64,000 nucleotides of DNA from Callorhinchus milii (GCF_018977255.1 NW_024704742.1:49540001-49604000), one strand, 5' to 3'. Shown: positions 1-12,718, numbered from the stretch's first letter. Notes: a model not told the origin generated them from the sequence alone. Made by a program: numbers and translations.

Positions 1-1499
1 TCCAACCTCTGCCCCATCAATAATGGCTGAGCTTTCAACCACTATACTCCAATCTCTGGAACTCCCTCCCAAAATGTCTCCATCTCACACTGCTCCTCTC
101 GACTTTCAAAGTTCTTCTAAAAACCTACCGCTTTGTCTATGGCTTTGGTTAACGTTCCTCCTACCCCCTACTTGCCACATTGCTCCATCTTCCCAGTCCA
201 TCTCTGTAACAGTCTCCAAGATATTATCTTACATGAATGGCTTATATGAGTGCAAATTTTTGCTGTACTTTCTCCCTCAATCTGCATTACCTTTAACCTA
301 CACTTTTCTTTGTCAACAACAATAACAATGTCAAGCTTTCCCATTTCTCAGCGCCTTGAGATGTTCTGCCGATGTAAAAGGCATTTTACAAATGTAATTT
401 TGTTGTTGTTGTTGCTTGTCTAGCTAGGACCACTCTAGGTGTCAGAGTGTTGGCTTGCAGTGTTAATACGAGCTGAGTGGGAAGAATCCCTGTTCCCCAT
501 GGTGATAAAATTGGTCACTCAGTCAATTGGTGTTTGTAGGATATTGATGTTGTGCACAAATTGGCTTCCTCATTCTCCTACACAATATAGTCACTGAACT
601 TTAACTCCTGTGAAGCACTTTGAGATGTTCCCCTGATGTGAAAGGCGCTATATCAAATGTAAACAATTTTTTTATATGCTCTTACCCTGTGGAACTCCTT
701 CCCTGAACCCCCTTGGTCTCACACTTTCTCTATCTGTCTATCCTGTCTAAAAATCTATCTCTTCGACACATCTATGGTCTCCTCCTCTTCCCCTTCCCCC
801 TTCTCTCCTAGCTCGGCATCTGTCCTGATCTCTGTGAAGCGCTACGAGATGATATCACCATATAAATGCAAGTTGTTGTTTGTTTAAATGGTGGATAATT
901 GGGAGAAATGTAAAACTCAATGTTTTTACGCTAACTCTGCTGATATTCTGCATGAATGGTGCAAGGCATCAACCAAAGGAATGTCTCATCCTAAATTTTT
1001 AATGTGATACACGATCAGATTAAAAATCAATGATAATCCCCCTCTGGATGAGCGGTAAGTTTAATAGTCACTTGCTCCAGCATCAAATCATTGTTGAAAT
1101 TAGCAGATTCTAATTACTGCTTAGTTGTCATTAGATTTAGAGTACTGTATTAGTTGTTCATTCCATTTCTTTAATGGAGTTTCTCAGCATAAGTTAATTA
1201 TTTGCCAGATAGCCTGTAAAGGGAAATCAGCTGACTCCTTTAGAGGTATTTTCCACGCAGGTTCAAGAAAGAAAACCCTGTGGAAGAATTCCAGGCACCA
1301 TAGGGGAGAGCACACTTGACGCACCCCAACCTCCCAAAAATATTTTAAATGTACTCTCATCCTCGTGGAATAACACATAATTCCACCTAAGCCATTGACT
1401 CAGGGGTCTTTATTCGCTCACGAGGAGTAATATGCTAAGATTCTATGTTTCTGCTGGTGTCTGCGTTTGGAGCCTAATGTATTCCTTATTCTACAAAGT

Positions 1500-2050
1500 G
1501 AAATATATGCAAATTGAATTCTGTCCGTACTCTTCAGAAATTGTGATGATTGAAGTCTTCAAGCATTGCAACTAAAAATATGATATTCATATGCATCTAT
1601 ATGCCACTTCAAGCGTAACATATACCTCAAAATGCCACTCTTTCAGTTGCCTTTAGCAGAATGTGGAATGGAGGTGGATAATGGATATCTGAGCATGATT
1701 ACAGGACTGTAATTTGATCAGAAGGTTCACACAAGGTCAAGAAGAGCAGTTTGGCACCAGTATCAGAATCATGAGATAAGATTAGATAACCCATTCTGAA
1801 AATTACTCCAGATTTCTTTTCTACCTCATATATCTCAGAGCAATGAATATGATGCAGTTAGGGAAGTTGAACAGGAAACAATTAGCTGCTGAGTACCTAA
1901 AGTTAGAAGATATTGCATAGAGAATAAATGGGTCTGGGATTTGTTGCAAAGCTGGTGCTGCACTCAGAGGGGTTTCAACAATACCATGACTTCAAAAACT
2001 GTGAACTCCAGTACCTTACTGAGATAACTGAGCCCTGAACACTATTACAT
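1500..2050 (+). mobile_element. Eroded Penelope-like (PLE) ORF fossil, N-terminal region
   Basis: One frame reads IENKWVWDL..QRGFNNTMTSKTV, cf. recalled PLE KWV.NLS..KGLNFA.TP. Confidence 0.4.
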
Positions 2051-2471
2051 CTTTGAACATATCCTCCTCAAATAGCATTTTTATTATCTACAATATATTT
2101 ATGATAATAATCTTTTCAATTGAGATAGTTTTTGAAATGGTATATTATCCCCGGAAAAGCGATCTGCCAATCGACTAACAACCATGTTCCTTTTTACTGC
2201 TAGACAAACAGAGTTGTCTGTAGTAAGGAAACTTACCTAATGTTTTGCCTTGCCTGGGAATCAATTCCAGGTCCTCTCGCTTGCAAAGCAATTGCTCCAA
2301 ACAATACATTACAGGATTCCACTATTTTGGATCTTTCCCACTACAGTTTACCTTTGGAAGTCTGATCTTTCACTGTCATTGCCGACCTTATGGCGCAAAA
2401 CATCACAGCCTAAATGAACATGGAAAATCGGATCTCAAATTATGGTTGTTTTCTAAAATACCACACAATCT

Positions 2472-2788
2472 TAATAATAATAATAATCCTTACATTTGAT
2501 ATAGCGCTCTTCACATCTTCTAGATGTCTCAAAGCACATCACAGAATAGACTGCAAAGTGAATTGACTGTATATTTGAGGGCGAAATGCAGCAGCCAATT
2601 GAACACAGCAGTGTCCCACAAACAGTCGTGCTTTGAAGCGACCAATTTATTATTGCTTTATTTTCTTGAGGGATTATTATCAGGAGTGTGGAATAAGGAA
2701 ACTTGCCCAAGGTTTCACCCTGCTGGGAATCGAACCCAGGTCTCTCATTACGAGGCGAGTGCTCTAACCACTGAGCCTCAGGACTCCA
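2472..2788 (-). mobile_element. tRNA-Ala-headed SINE with Deu-type body end and L2-type tail, short form
   Basis: GGAGTCC..GCTCAGTGG (A box)..GGTTCGATTCC (B box)..TGTTTGTGGGACACTGCTG..(TTA)n. Confidence 0.92.
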
Positions 2789-3162
2789 TTTGAGTCTTAA
2801 ATTTTAAGACTCAAATGGAGTTTGAATCTTAAAAAAAAGTGAGAAATCTTGATCCTTATTTTAGACGATAATACCATTTTGTACATGGCTTCACATTGAT
2901 CCAGCAGATGGCAAAGTTCAGCCAAGTAGCCAAAGCCCCCAGCTTTACAAGTGGGACAGGTTTGTCTGTGAGGATGCAGCCAATTTCACATTGATTCATT
3001 CCTTGGATTTAATTTTCAATTAGAAACGAAAGTATTCTTTATTTTCACTGCACATTATTACTATATATATTTGTGAGACCTCAGTTAACAAAACTGAACA
3101 AAATAAGATAAAATAACTTTATTCAGAAATTTTCTGGGATTCGTCACAATTTTGTATTAACT

Positions 3163-4985
3163 ATTGTCCAAAATCAAGGGAATCCGCTCTGCGGTCACTG
3201 CCCCTCCAACTTCCACCCACCCCCCACCCTTTCCCTCCCACACTCCGACTCCTACCCATCCTCCCCTACACACCTTCGAACCCGTTTCCCCACCCTCTGT
3301 CACCAAACTCATCCTGTCCTTGAAACCCACCACCTGCTCCCTGGACCCCATCCCCACTCCACTCCTTATCTCCCAGCTCCACCTCCTTGCCCCACTTCTC
3401 ACAGACACTATTAACCTGTCCCTCTCCTCTGGCTCTGTTCCCATTCCCCTCAAAACTGCCACCATCACTCCCACATTGAAAAAACCCTCCCTTGATGCGT
3501 CGCAGCTATCAAGCTACCGGCCCATCTCCAACCTCCCCTTCCTGTCCAAGGTTCTCGAAAGAATCGTCGCCTCCCAGCTGCGCTCTTTCCTCTCCACCCA
3601 CTCACTTTTCGAACCCCTCCAGTCGGGTTTCCGTGCTGCCCATGGCACAGAAACCGCCCTGGTCAAGGTCACCAATGACATCTTGACCATCTGCGACCAG
3701 GGCTCCCTCTGCCTCCTCGACCTATCGGCCACATTCGATACGGTCGACCACTCTATCCACCTCCACCGCTTGTCCTCCCACCTCAACCTTCAAGGCCCTG
3801 TCCTTGAGTGGTTTAGGTCCTACCTCTCCCACCGTCTTCATTTTGTCTCTGCAAACGGCTTTTCCTCCAGCCCCCGCACTGTCTTGTGCGGTGTCCCTCA
3901 GGGCTCTGTCCTCGGTCCCCTCCTCTTCACCCTCTATATGCTCCCCCTTGGTGACATCATCCGCAGACATGGGGTTAACTTCCATATGTATGCGGATGAC
4001 ACCCAACTCTACCTTTCCTCCTCTACCCTCAACTCCACGACCACCGATGTCCTGACAGCTGCCTGTCCGACATCGAGTCCTGGACGAGAGACAACTTTCT
4101 TCAGCTCAACGTGCGCAAAACTGAGGCCCTCCTGATTGGCTCACGTCAGCGCCTCCGCACCTCAGGCGCTGACAGCATCAGCATCCAAGGCTGCACTCTC
4201 CACCTCTCAAAGCCAGTCAGGAACCTCGGGTTCTGTTCGACCCTGAGCTGTCCTTTCTTCCCCACATCCGCGCCACAACTGGCACCGCCTTCCATCACCT
4301 CCGGAACATCGCCAGACTACGGCACTACCTCACCCCTCACGCTGCTGAAACTCTGGTCCACGCCTTTATCACCTCAAGGCTGGACTATGGGAACTCTCTC
4401 CTCGCCGGCCTTCCCGGCACCTCCCTCCACAAGCTGCAGGTCATTCAGAACTCTGCAGCTCGTGTACTGTCCCGCACCAGGCTTCGCGACCACATCACTC
4501 CCACCCTCGCTCGCCTCCACTGGCTCCCCATCCCCCAGAGGATCGAATTCAAGATCCTCATCCTCACCTACAAGGCCATTCACGGCCTTGCACCCTCCTA
4601 CCTCTCCGACCTACTATCACCCCACTTACCTGCCCGTACCCTCCGTTCCTCTGGCTCCGGTCTGCTCCACATTCCCCGCCCCAACCGCCCTACCATCGGT
4701 GGCCGGGCTTTCAGCCTCTCAGCCCCTAGGCTCTGGAACTCCATCCCCCAGTGCCTTCGCCGCCTCCTCCCTTTCCTCCTTCAAGGCCGATCTCAAGACC
4801 TTTCCCTTCAACCGTGCCTTCAGCTCCCCTTTCGACTCTCTACCCCCTTCTCGCTCCCTCCCTTCCCTCCCCTCACCCTGACCATTTCCCCCCTGCTCGG
4901 GTCCTGACCCAACTGTCCAGCGCCTTGGAATGTCCTCCTGATGTGAAAGGCGCTCTATAAATGCAATCTTGTTGTTGTTGTTGTG
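3163..4985 (+). mobile_element. Young 5'-truncated L2-clade LINE (RT region of ORF2, frameshifted) with 3' stem-loop and (TTG)n tail
   Basis: ORF 3164..4135 has [43 protein letters not shown] and YADDTQLY; C-terminal LHWLP motif in a shifted frame; C-rich composition. Confidence 0.95.
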
Positions 4986-5654
4986 TTCAATTTTGTCTTC
5001 TTCACTATTAGTAATTTTATCCAAATCATTTTCCCAGTTTTGTAAGAAAGATTGTTGTCCAGCTTCGGCTGCAAAAAGTTACACTACACTTTGTGATGAA
5101 TCCTGAGAAGTGTGTTGAGAGATCCTCCTGATGTGAAAGATGTTAAATCAAATGTAACGATTCTGAAGTCTTAAATTAAAAGAGTGAATGCTGTGATTTC
5201 TATGACAACCTGCATCTCTGGATTTCCATCAGCTCCAGTCTCTGGCAAGAGTTAAGGCCAATAAGGATGACCTGTGTTTTTGAGGTACAATTTAGAGGTA
5301 CAAATAGCTAACAATTAAGCACAGCAAAACAATTTGCATTATTGCATAACAATGCATTTCCTAATATTTTTACCAGCAAATTCCTGATTTAGACATATTA
5401 GGAATCTTTGAAACATGGACAATGATTAATTTGCTTTGCTTAAAAAAAATTCTCAGTAAAAGAATTGATCACTCAATCCATGACTGTTTGTGGCACACTG
5501 TTGTTCGCAATTAGCTGCTGCATTTCGCACATAAAATATACAGTTACTTTACAGTATATTCCATGAAGCTCTTTGAGACATCTTGAAAATGTGATGAGGT
5601 GCTATATCAAATGCAAGAAATTATTATTATTATATAAGGATTATATTACTTCCT

Positions 5655-5835
5655 GATACTTTTTGACTCACCAAGACGGAAGAACAAGAGAACACAGGTT
5701 TAGAATTACAAAGTCAATTTCAGGACAGACACAAAGAAATATTTTTTTCCCAGAAGGTATTTAATGTAACAGGTTACCAAGAAGGGTGGATTGAGGTCAG
5801 GTTGTGATGGTAGGACAGTGGGGTGAGTATTCTAG
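5655..5835 (+). mobile_element. Old CR1 3' fragment; similar ones at ~22070..22290(-), 42050..42320(+), 45470..45660(+), 61170..61360(+)
   Basis: ACAAGAGAACACAGGTTTAGAAT (TRGH-type motif) followed by RK.FF.Q.V-like coding remnant. Confidence 0.6.
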
Positions 5836-5844
5836 AGAGATTGT

Positions 5845-6209
5845 GGAGTCCTATAGCTCAGTGGTTAGAGCACTCGCCTCGCAAGTGAGAGACCTGGGTT
5901 CTATTCCCGTCAGGGCGAAACATTGGGCAAGTTTCCTTACTCCACATGCTTGTTTACCTAGCGATAAGTAGGAACTCAGTTGTTAGTCGATTGGCGGACG
6001 TGGGTAATAATTCCTTAAAAAAAATAACAAATTGGTCACTTCAATCCATGACTGTTTGTGAGACACTGCTGTGCGCAATTGGCTGCCGCGTTCGCCCACA
6101 AATACACAGTCAATTCACTTTACAGTGTGTTCTGTGAAGCGCTTTGGGACGTCCTCCCGACGTGAAAAACGCTATATCAAATGCAAGGATTATTATTATT
6201 ATTATTATA
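5845..6209 (+). mobile_element. Same SINE family, long form
   Basis: A/B boxes, extra TGTTTACCTAGC..TTAGTCGATTGGCG block, (TTA)n tail. Confidence 0.92.
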
Positions 6210-6617
6210 CCTGCAAATTAAATACTCTCCTTTTGTCAAATAATATTATCCTTAGGGGAGAAAAGCAGGCAAATCTTGAAAGTATTCAGCAGAAGTCAGT
6301 TGCCTGCGATTCAAGTTTACGTTTGACTAAATCAATTGACCTAATTTGAAATTCATAGGATTATGAAATATGCACAACTTTCACTTCAAGTTTGGAACTG
6401 AACATGAAGAGTTCCAATCAGATTCTGAAATGCTGAGAAGTAAAGGTTGCACTAACCCTTTGAAGACCACAGAGGGAAGAGCAAAGTAAAAATAACTCAA
6501 GATACACAGCTTACAAATACACAGTCACTACACTTTACAGTACATCCTGCCAAGCTCTTTGAGACATCTTCCCGACATGAAAGTCGCTATATCAAATGCA
6601 ATGATTATACGATTATT

Positions 6618-7820
6618 AACAACAACTTGCATTTATATAGCACCCCTCAGAGCACGACGCCAAGCCAGGGAGAGGGGAGAGAAGACTAGGCACGTTCGAA
6701 GAGGAAGGTCTTCAGGCACAATCCAAAGATGGTGATGGAAGGGGCAAGGAGGGCACGAGGGACATGCAGAAGCCAGTCAAGTAGAGGTGGTAGGTTGGGG
6801 AGTAAGCAAGTCAGAGAGGGAAGAGGTGCCAGGGCATAAGAGATTTGAAAATGAGTGTGAGGATCTTGAAATCGATCCGTTCGGCAATAGGGGGCCAGTG
6901 GAGTCTGGCTAGAACTGGTGTGGTGGGAGTACAAAGTTTATTACGGGTGAGTAAGCAGGTGGCTGAGTTTTGGATCAGCTAGATTTTGTGGATACTGGAG
7001 TTGGGGGGACCGCAAAAAGGGCATTGGAATAGTCTAACCGGGAAGTGACAAAAGCGTGGACGAATGGTTTGGCTGCGTGTCGGTTAGCTATGGTCAGAGC
7101 CAGGCAATGCAGTGGAAATGGAGGAAAGCAGTTCTGGCCAAGGATCGGATGTGGGGAAGGAAAGACAGCTGTGGGTCAAACCTCACACCTAGATTGTGCA
7201 CCAGTTCCGTGAGTTCTGAGGGATAGGCCGGGGAGGTTGAGGAGGTCGGAGCCGCAGGATAGAAGACATTTGATGGGAGCCAAAGTGAATGGCTTCTGTC
7301 TAGTCGACATTTAGTCACAAGAAGTTTACGCTCATCTAGGCCCTGAAGTCTGCCAGACAAGCTAACAGAACATTGGTGGACCTGGAGTCACAGCTGGAGA
7401 AATAGATTTCTGTGTCATCCAAATATATGTGCAAGTTTATCCCGTGTCTGCGGATGACAACGCCAAAATATATTGCATGTCGATGAGAGAGAAGGGGGCC
7501 AAGGATGGAGCCTGGGATATGCCACAGGTGACCCGGTGGGGGCGGGAGGAGAAACTGTTTAAAGAGATAAAGTGAAGGCGGTTTGTTGATAGGACTCGAA
7601 GAATATCAATGTGGTATCCAGGATGAGGTCATGGGCCATGAGGGCTTTATTGGAGAGGGAGCGGACATTTTGGAGGGCAATGTGAGTGGATATGCTGGTG
7701 GAGGAGGGTTTGAGAGGGAGGGTGTTTGACTTTCGGAGGTGGGGAAGGCAGCTGTGTCTGGGACAGTGGGCGATGGGGCAGTTGCTTTGGGGAAACCATC
7801 ACTGAGAGCCACCTGGGGAT
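6618..7820 (-). mobile_element. Degraded L2 LINE fragment
   Basis: (CAA)n tail and CTTGCATTTATATAG at left; LGVRFDPQLSFLPHI; eroded QGSILGP region near 7490..7520. Confidence 0.85.
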
Positions 7821-8526
7821 AACATATCAGATTCAATAATAACAAGAACTCGCATTTATATAATGCCCTTTGTGTAGGATAAAGTTTTAGAGTCCAACAA
7901 TTAGCAAATGTGATACTGAATCTGTTATGAAACATTAGTTTTTCATGCATTCCTAAAAACTGGGCTGCGTTGTGAAAGTTCCCCACTCCCTCATTTCAGC
8001 ACATAGGTTGGGACATCCTCCTGCCAGCACTTTGGGATGTCCTCCCGATGTGAAAGGCACTATACAAATGTAATTTGTTGTTCGGCCAAAACATCTCCAC
8101 ATTGCCATAATTTTTTCGATCACATTTCAATACATTATTAGGGTATCTGGTTTATCTCAGCCTGTATCTCATGAAACCTGCTCTAACTCAGGGCCAAGAA
8201 TCTAGGCCTTCTAGTAAATCAGCAAAATAGTCATCTGAAAATTGTGGAACTAGAGTGGGGTGGAGGGGATTCACAGCTACTGTTAGTTTTTCAGAATAAG
8301 TGGAAAATAATAATAATCCTTGCAGCTGATATAGCACCTCATCACGTTACTGAATGTCTCAGAGTGCTTTACAGGATTTACTCTAAAGTGTAGTGACTAT
8401 GTATTTAAGTGCTCTGGGACACTACCCTGCCTGAGGGGCACAATATAAATGCAGTGGTTGCTGTGGTTGTATTCTGTAGACAAAGCAGCTAATTTGAATA
8501 CATCAATGTCTCACAAACAGCCATAA

Positions 8527-9096
8527 GAATTAGGAGCAGGAGTAGGCCATTCGGCCCCTCGAGCCTGTCCCGCCATTCGATAAGATCATGGCTGATCTTC
8601 TGACCCAACTCTAATTACCTGCCCTATCCCCATATCCCCTAATCCCTCTGTTTTAAAAAAATCTATCAGTCTCAGCCTTGAAGATGTTCAAGGACTGAGC
8701 ATCTACAGCCTTCTGGGGGAGTGAATTCCATAAATTCACTACCTTCTGAGTGAAGAAATGTTTCCTCAACTGTCTTCTAAAAGGCTGACCCTTAATTTTA
8801 AGACTGTGACCCCTGGTTATAGATTCTCCTACCAGGGGAAACAGACCCTCAGTGTCTATTTTATCCAGCCCTTTAAGAATCTTATATGTTTCAATAAGAT
8901 CTCCCCTAATTCTTCTGTACTCAGCGCCTTGGGCCGTCCTCCCGACGTGAAAGGCGCTCTATAAATGGAATCTTGTTGTTGTTGTTGTTGTAGAGAATAT
9001 AGCCCTAGTTTATTCAGCCTATCCTCATAGGTCAGTCCCCTCATCCCAGGAACTAACCTAGTGAATCTACGCTGCACCCCCTCTAGGGCAAGTATG
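8527..9096 (-). mobile_element. CR1-clade LINE 3' end with 16-bp TSD
   Basis: ILALEGVQRRFTRLVPGMRGLTYEDRLNKLGLYSL; TCACAAACAGCCATAA at 8511..8526 and 9097..9112. Confidence 0.92.
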
Positions 9097-9227
9097 TCAC
9101 AAACAGCCATAAAGTGAATGAGCAATTTTATCTGGGGGATTGTTGGCCAGGACATCAGGAGATACTCTCTTCTCTTTTCCAATAGTGCCATGGGATCTTT
9201 AACGTCCACTTCAGTTTAACATAAACC

Positions 9228-9558
9228 AGAGCCCTGTAGCTCAGTGGTTAGAACACTCACCTCACAAGCGAGAGATCTGGGTTCGATTCCCAGCAGGACG
9301 AAACCTTGGGCAAGTTTCCTTACTCCACACGCCTAATAATAAACCCTCAAGAAAAAAAATAAAATAAAATAATAATTTGGTCACTCAATCCACAACTGTT
9401 TGTGGGACACTGCTGTGCGCAATTGGCTGCTGTGTTTCACCCACAAAATATACAGTCAATACACTTTACAGTATATTCTGTGAAGCCCTTTGTGACATCT
9501 AGAAGACGTGAAAAGCGCTATATCAAATGCAAGGATTGTTATTATTATTGTTATTATA
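9228..9558 (+). mobile_element. Same SINE, short form, nested in an older DeuSINE
   Basis: Intact B box GGTTCGATTCC; full body. Confidence 0.92.
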
Positions 9559-10249
9559 ATATCCCATCCAAAGGACCTCACCTCTAACAATGTAGCACTC
9601 CCTCAAAGCTTAATATTCTGAAGTAGGGCTTGTACCCACAGCCTTCTTACCCAGAGGCGAGAGTGCTACCAAGTCTGGCTGGCATCTTCTTGCAATGCGC
9701 CATACCCTATTCAAGAATGATCAGATCTAAAAATTGCATTTTCACCCCATTATTAGGGTTCAATTTATCTTTACCCTTTACTGTCTTGAAAACATGAATA
9801 ACAACAACAACAAAATTACATTTATACAGGACCTTTCATGTTGGGAGGATGTCCCAAAGATTTCCCTGGAACTTTCTATGATTATCAGCGTAACCTGCCT
9901 GATTTGGGGCTTGAACCCACATCATTCTGTCCCAGAGGCACGAATGCTACCACTGGAGCCAATATGCTTTGGTACTCATTGTCTTAAGAGCAGGAATTTG
10001 AGGAACAACCGAGAAAGATCCCATGTTATTTTTGCTACATATAATAAAACTGTGTTAGAAATATTCAAAGGGCTTTATCGCAAGGGAATCGAGGTAAACT
10101 CAGACTGCTGGGAAGTCCTCAGTCATTACCGATAGATTCTTAAAGTCATTACAAAATATAACATTTGCTGTGACCCATTAATTGATCATGCAGAGCATTT
10201 AATTTTTTTTAATATGGTATTATGAATGTTGCCTGAAACAAGGAATAGT

Positions 10250-10597
10250 CCTTTAGTTGACAGACCAAGTAATTACAATCCAGCCTTTGCTGTTGTAATG
10301 CAATAAGGAGAAATTAAATGTCACATTTAACCGTGTAAAAGTGTTACAGAGAAAAGTTGTCAAATGCTATTTGCTTCAGACTCACAATTAGAATGAAGGC
10401 AAACAGAACTAATTATAGCTTATACACCGAACAATGCCAGGCATTGGGGTGAAAAGATTAGAGGCTGAAAGTGTTTCTGAATCAGATTGGAATTTACAAG
10501 TGTTGTTAAATCGCAATTGAGATCTAAAATATGATAGGTCCGAAATGCCACATAGTTTTAACCTGTAAATTTTAAGTTTGTGCTGAATTGTGGACAA
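10250..10597 (-). mobile_element. Eroded PLE ORF fossil, N-terminus
   Basis: LSYFRSQLRFNNTCK cf. LADYRNHLRFNLRC; downstream LKQIAF cf. VRQINF. Confidence 0.45.
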
Positions 10598-10974
10598 TTC
10601 TTAATTCAGTCTTAATTCAGAAGGTGTTTTCTGTATTGTTAAAAAAAACTGGTTCCAAATTAAGTCTAAATTTAAGAATTTTCCATAACTTTGCACAATC
10701 TTAAAATTTAACAGACAATAGTCCTGTTAACTAACACTAAGTGGAATGTCGGGCCCGTACAGGGCAAACTCATTTTAAACTGATCCTCTCTCAGAGGTTG
10801 CGTCATAAGTGAAGCATGAAAAAATGGCCGACTTCTGGGCTGTCGGGTTGCCATTAACATCCCTTCCTGGGTGTTTGTGCCCAATGTAATCTAGGTGCAA
10901 TTCCTGTTTATTGTGCATGCTATGGACCGGAGACACATTTCAGTGACTGAAATGCAGTTTAGGCTATCTGAGTG

Positions 10975-12075
10975 CCCTGCTCAACGGACTCCCCAGCTCC
11001 TCCCTATATAAGCTGTACACCATCCAGAATTTTGCAATTCGTGTTTTCTCCCATGCCAGGCTCCCTGAATCTATCACCTCAATCCTCGCTCAGCTCCACT
11101 GACATCCTATCCGCCAACAAGTTGAATTCAAGATCCTTACCATTGGAGCCATACCATTCTAGCTATTTTTAAAATCAAAATAGATATATTTATTTGTTGA
11201 TGTATATTTACGCTTGTCTCAGACAGTATCAAACCCATTACAGAAAAGAAGACGCAATATGTTATTATCCCGTTACAGCACTCAACAAACCCGGCCCCTT
11301 GTGGCGTGGGGGGGGGGGGGGGGGGGGGGGAGAGGGGCAGTGCTCTACGCACTCCACTTTGGTGAAGGGACCAAGGCTTCTCTGCCTCTGGGTTGTGCTA
11401 CACTTTGCAGGGCGCAGTTATAAACGGGGTCTTGTACCCCCCTCCCTATCCCTCCCTCTTAGCAGGGAGTGTGGACATGTTCACAGCACACAGGTTGTGC
11501 ACACATTTTTTTGGGAAGCTCCCTTTAAGACAGTCGGGAATCGCCTCTGTGTGCACTACATCCATGTGCACTTACCACTTTTGGATGGCGCCCCGATGTG
11601 CACCGTACTCTCACATGTTTACCCAAACACATGCCTGGAAACATAACGTAGACACAAACCCATAAACATACACTATACACCCAAGCAGTCCCAACCCTGT
11701 CACCATGGCATTCCTGCCGAGGTTCTGTTCCCTTTTTCTATGTCACTCAGAAGCACTAGCCTACTTCATTTCCTCCACCTGATGAGCCCCACTTTCGGTG
11801 GGCAAGCATTCAACCATTCGTCCCCCTCTCGATGAAGTTCCAGAGCCCCTCCGCCTCGCCACCTCCTTCTCCATCTTTAAAGCCCATCTTCAGATCTTTC
11901 TTTTCAACTATGCTTTTGGTCGCCTTTCTCGCCTCACCCATTCTTCCTCAATACCCCCAACCCCAGCCATGAACTTCCAGTCAGCTCTTTGAACCACTTT
12001 AAAATGTCCTTCTGACATGGAAGGCATTGTGTATAATTGTTATATATAGTTGTAATTTTTAATTGTTGTTGTTGT
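10975..12075 (+). mobile_element. L2 3' fragments (10975..11150 and 11755..12075) split by an unidentified insert
   Basis: Both pieces are collinear with the 3' end of the 3163..4985 element. Confidence 0.7.
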
Positions 12076-12718
12076 GAAGTAACAGGATACTTTAACGCTC
12101 TTGTGCTGCGCACTGACAAATGTTGGATAGCTTAACTAAGAGAAAAAGGTACTGCCCTAAATGCGATGCACAAAAATGTGCTGGTTCCCAATTTCTGCTC
12201 CTTTTACATGTCTGTTAGCAAAAATAATGATAAAAGGATTGTTTGCTCCTACCCCTAGCTCAAAGGTAAGCTGCGTCTGATCCACAGGGGGAAAAAAAAA
12301 CACTCACTGGGGATGTGAACCTTTAGGCAATGTTTGGCTTGACGACTTAATTTATCTTAATGCTGTTAAATTCAATAATTCAATCTATTGCTAGCAGGAG
12401 GATCCCAGGTTCAATGAGTTAAAGAATGCAGTAACGATTCCTCTCCATAATAAGCAGATACAACAAATATTGCCGGCAGCTCAGATAAATATTTCATTGT
12501 GTACATTTCAACAGTGCTATATGAAGGGGAAGCCGAGGTAATGTGTGTCTCAGTTTCCTGAAATTCAATACATTTATATACAATTACATTTATATAGTGC
12601 CTATCAGGAAGGAGGATATCCCAAGGCATCCTTAGGTATCCTTACTTTCAATAGAAACATTTGGGGATTACATTTGTGCGAGAATTCACTGAACAGCTCA
12701 ACCACTGGCTAGAAACAT

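Larger units (their letters stand above)
8306..9683 (-). mobile_element. Older DeuSINE hosting several nested insertions
   Basis: Tail 8306.., Deu domain 9113..9220 and 9560..9605, head to 9683, all collinear. Confidence 0.8.

Noticed and set aside
3147..4996. CAATTTTGT on both sides of the young L2 as a TSD
   Set aside because: Offset from both junctions and AT-rich; could be chance.
9231..9300. tRNA-Ala gene calls at SINE heads
   Set aside because: A/B boxes continue straight into SINE body in many copies; no acceptor-stem closure or terminator.
11779..11810. CTGATGA-GCCCCAC-TTTCG-GTGGGC hammerhead-like start
   Set aside because: No GAAA or stem III, and it aligns with L2 3' coding sequence.
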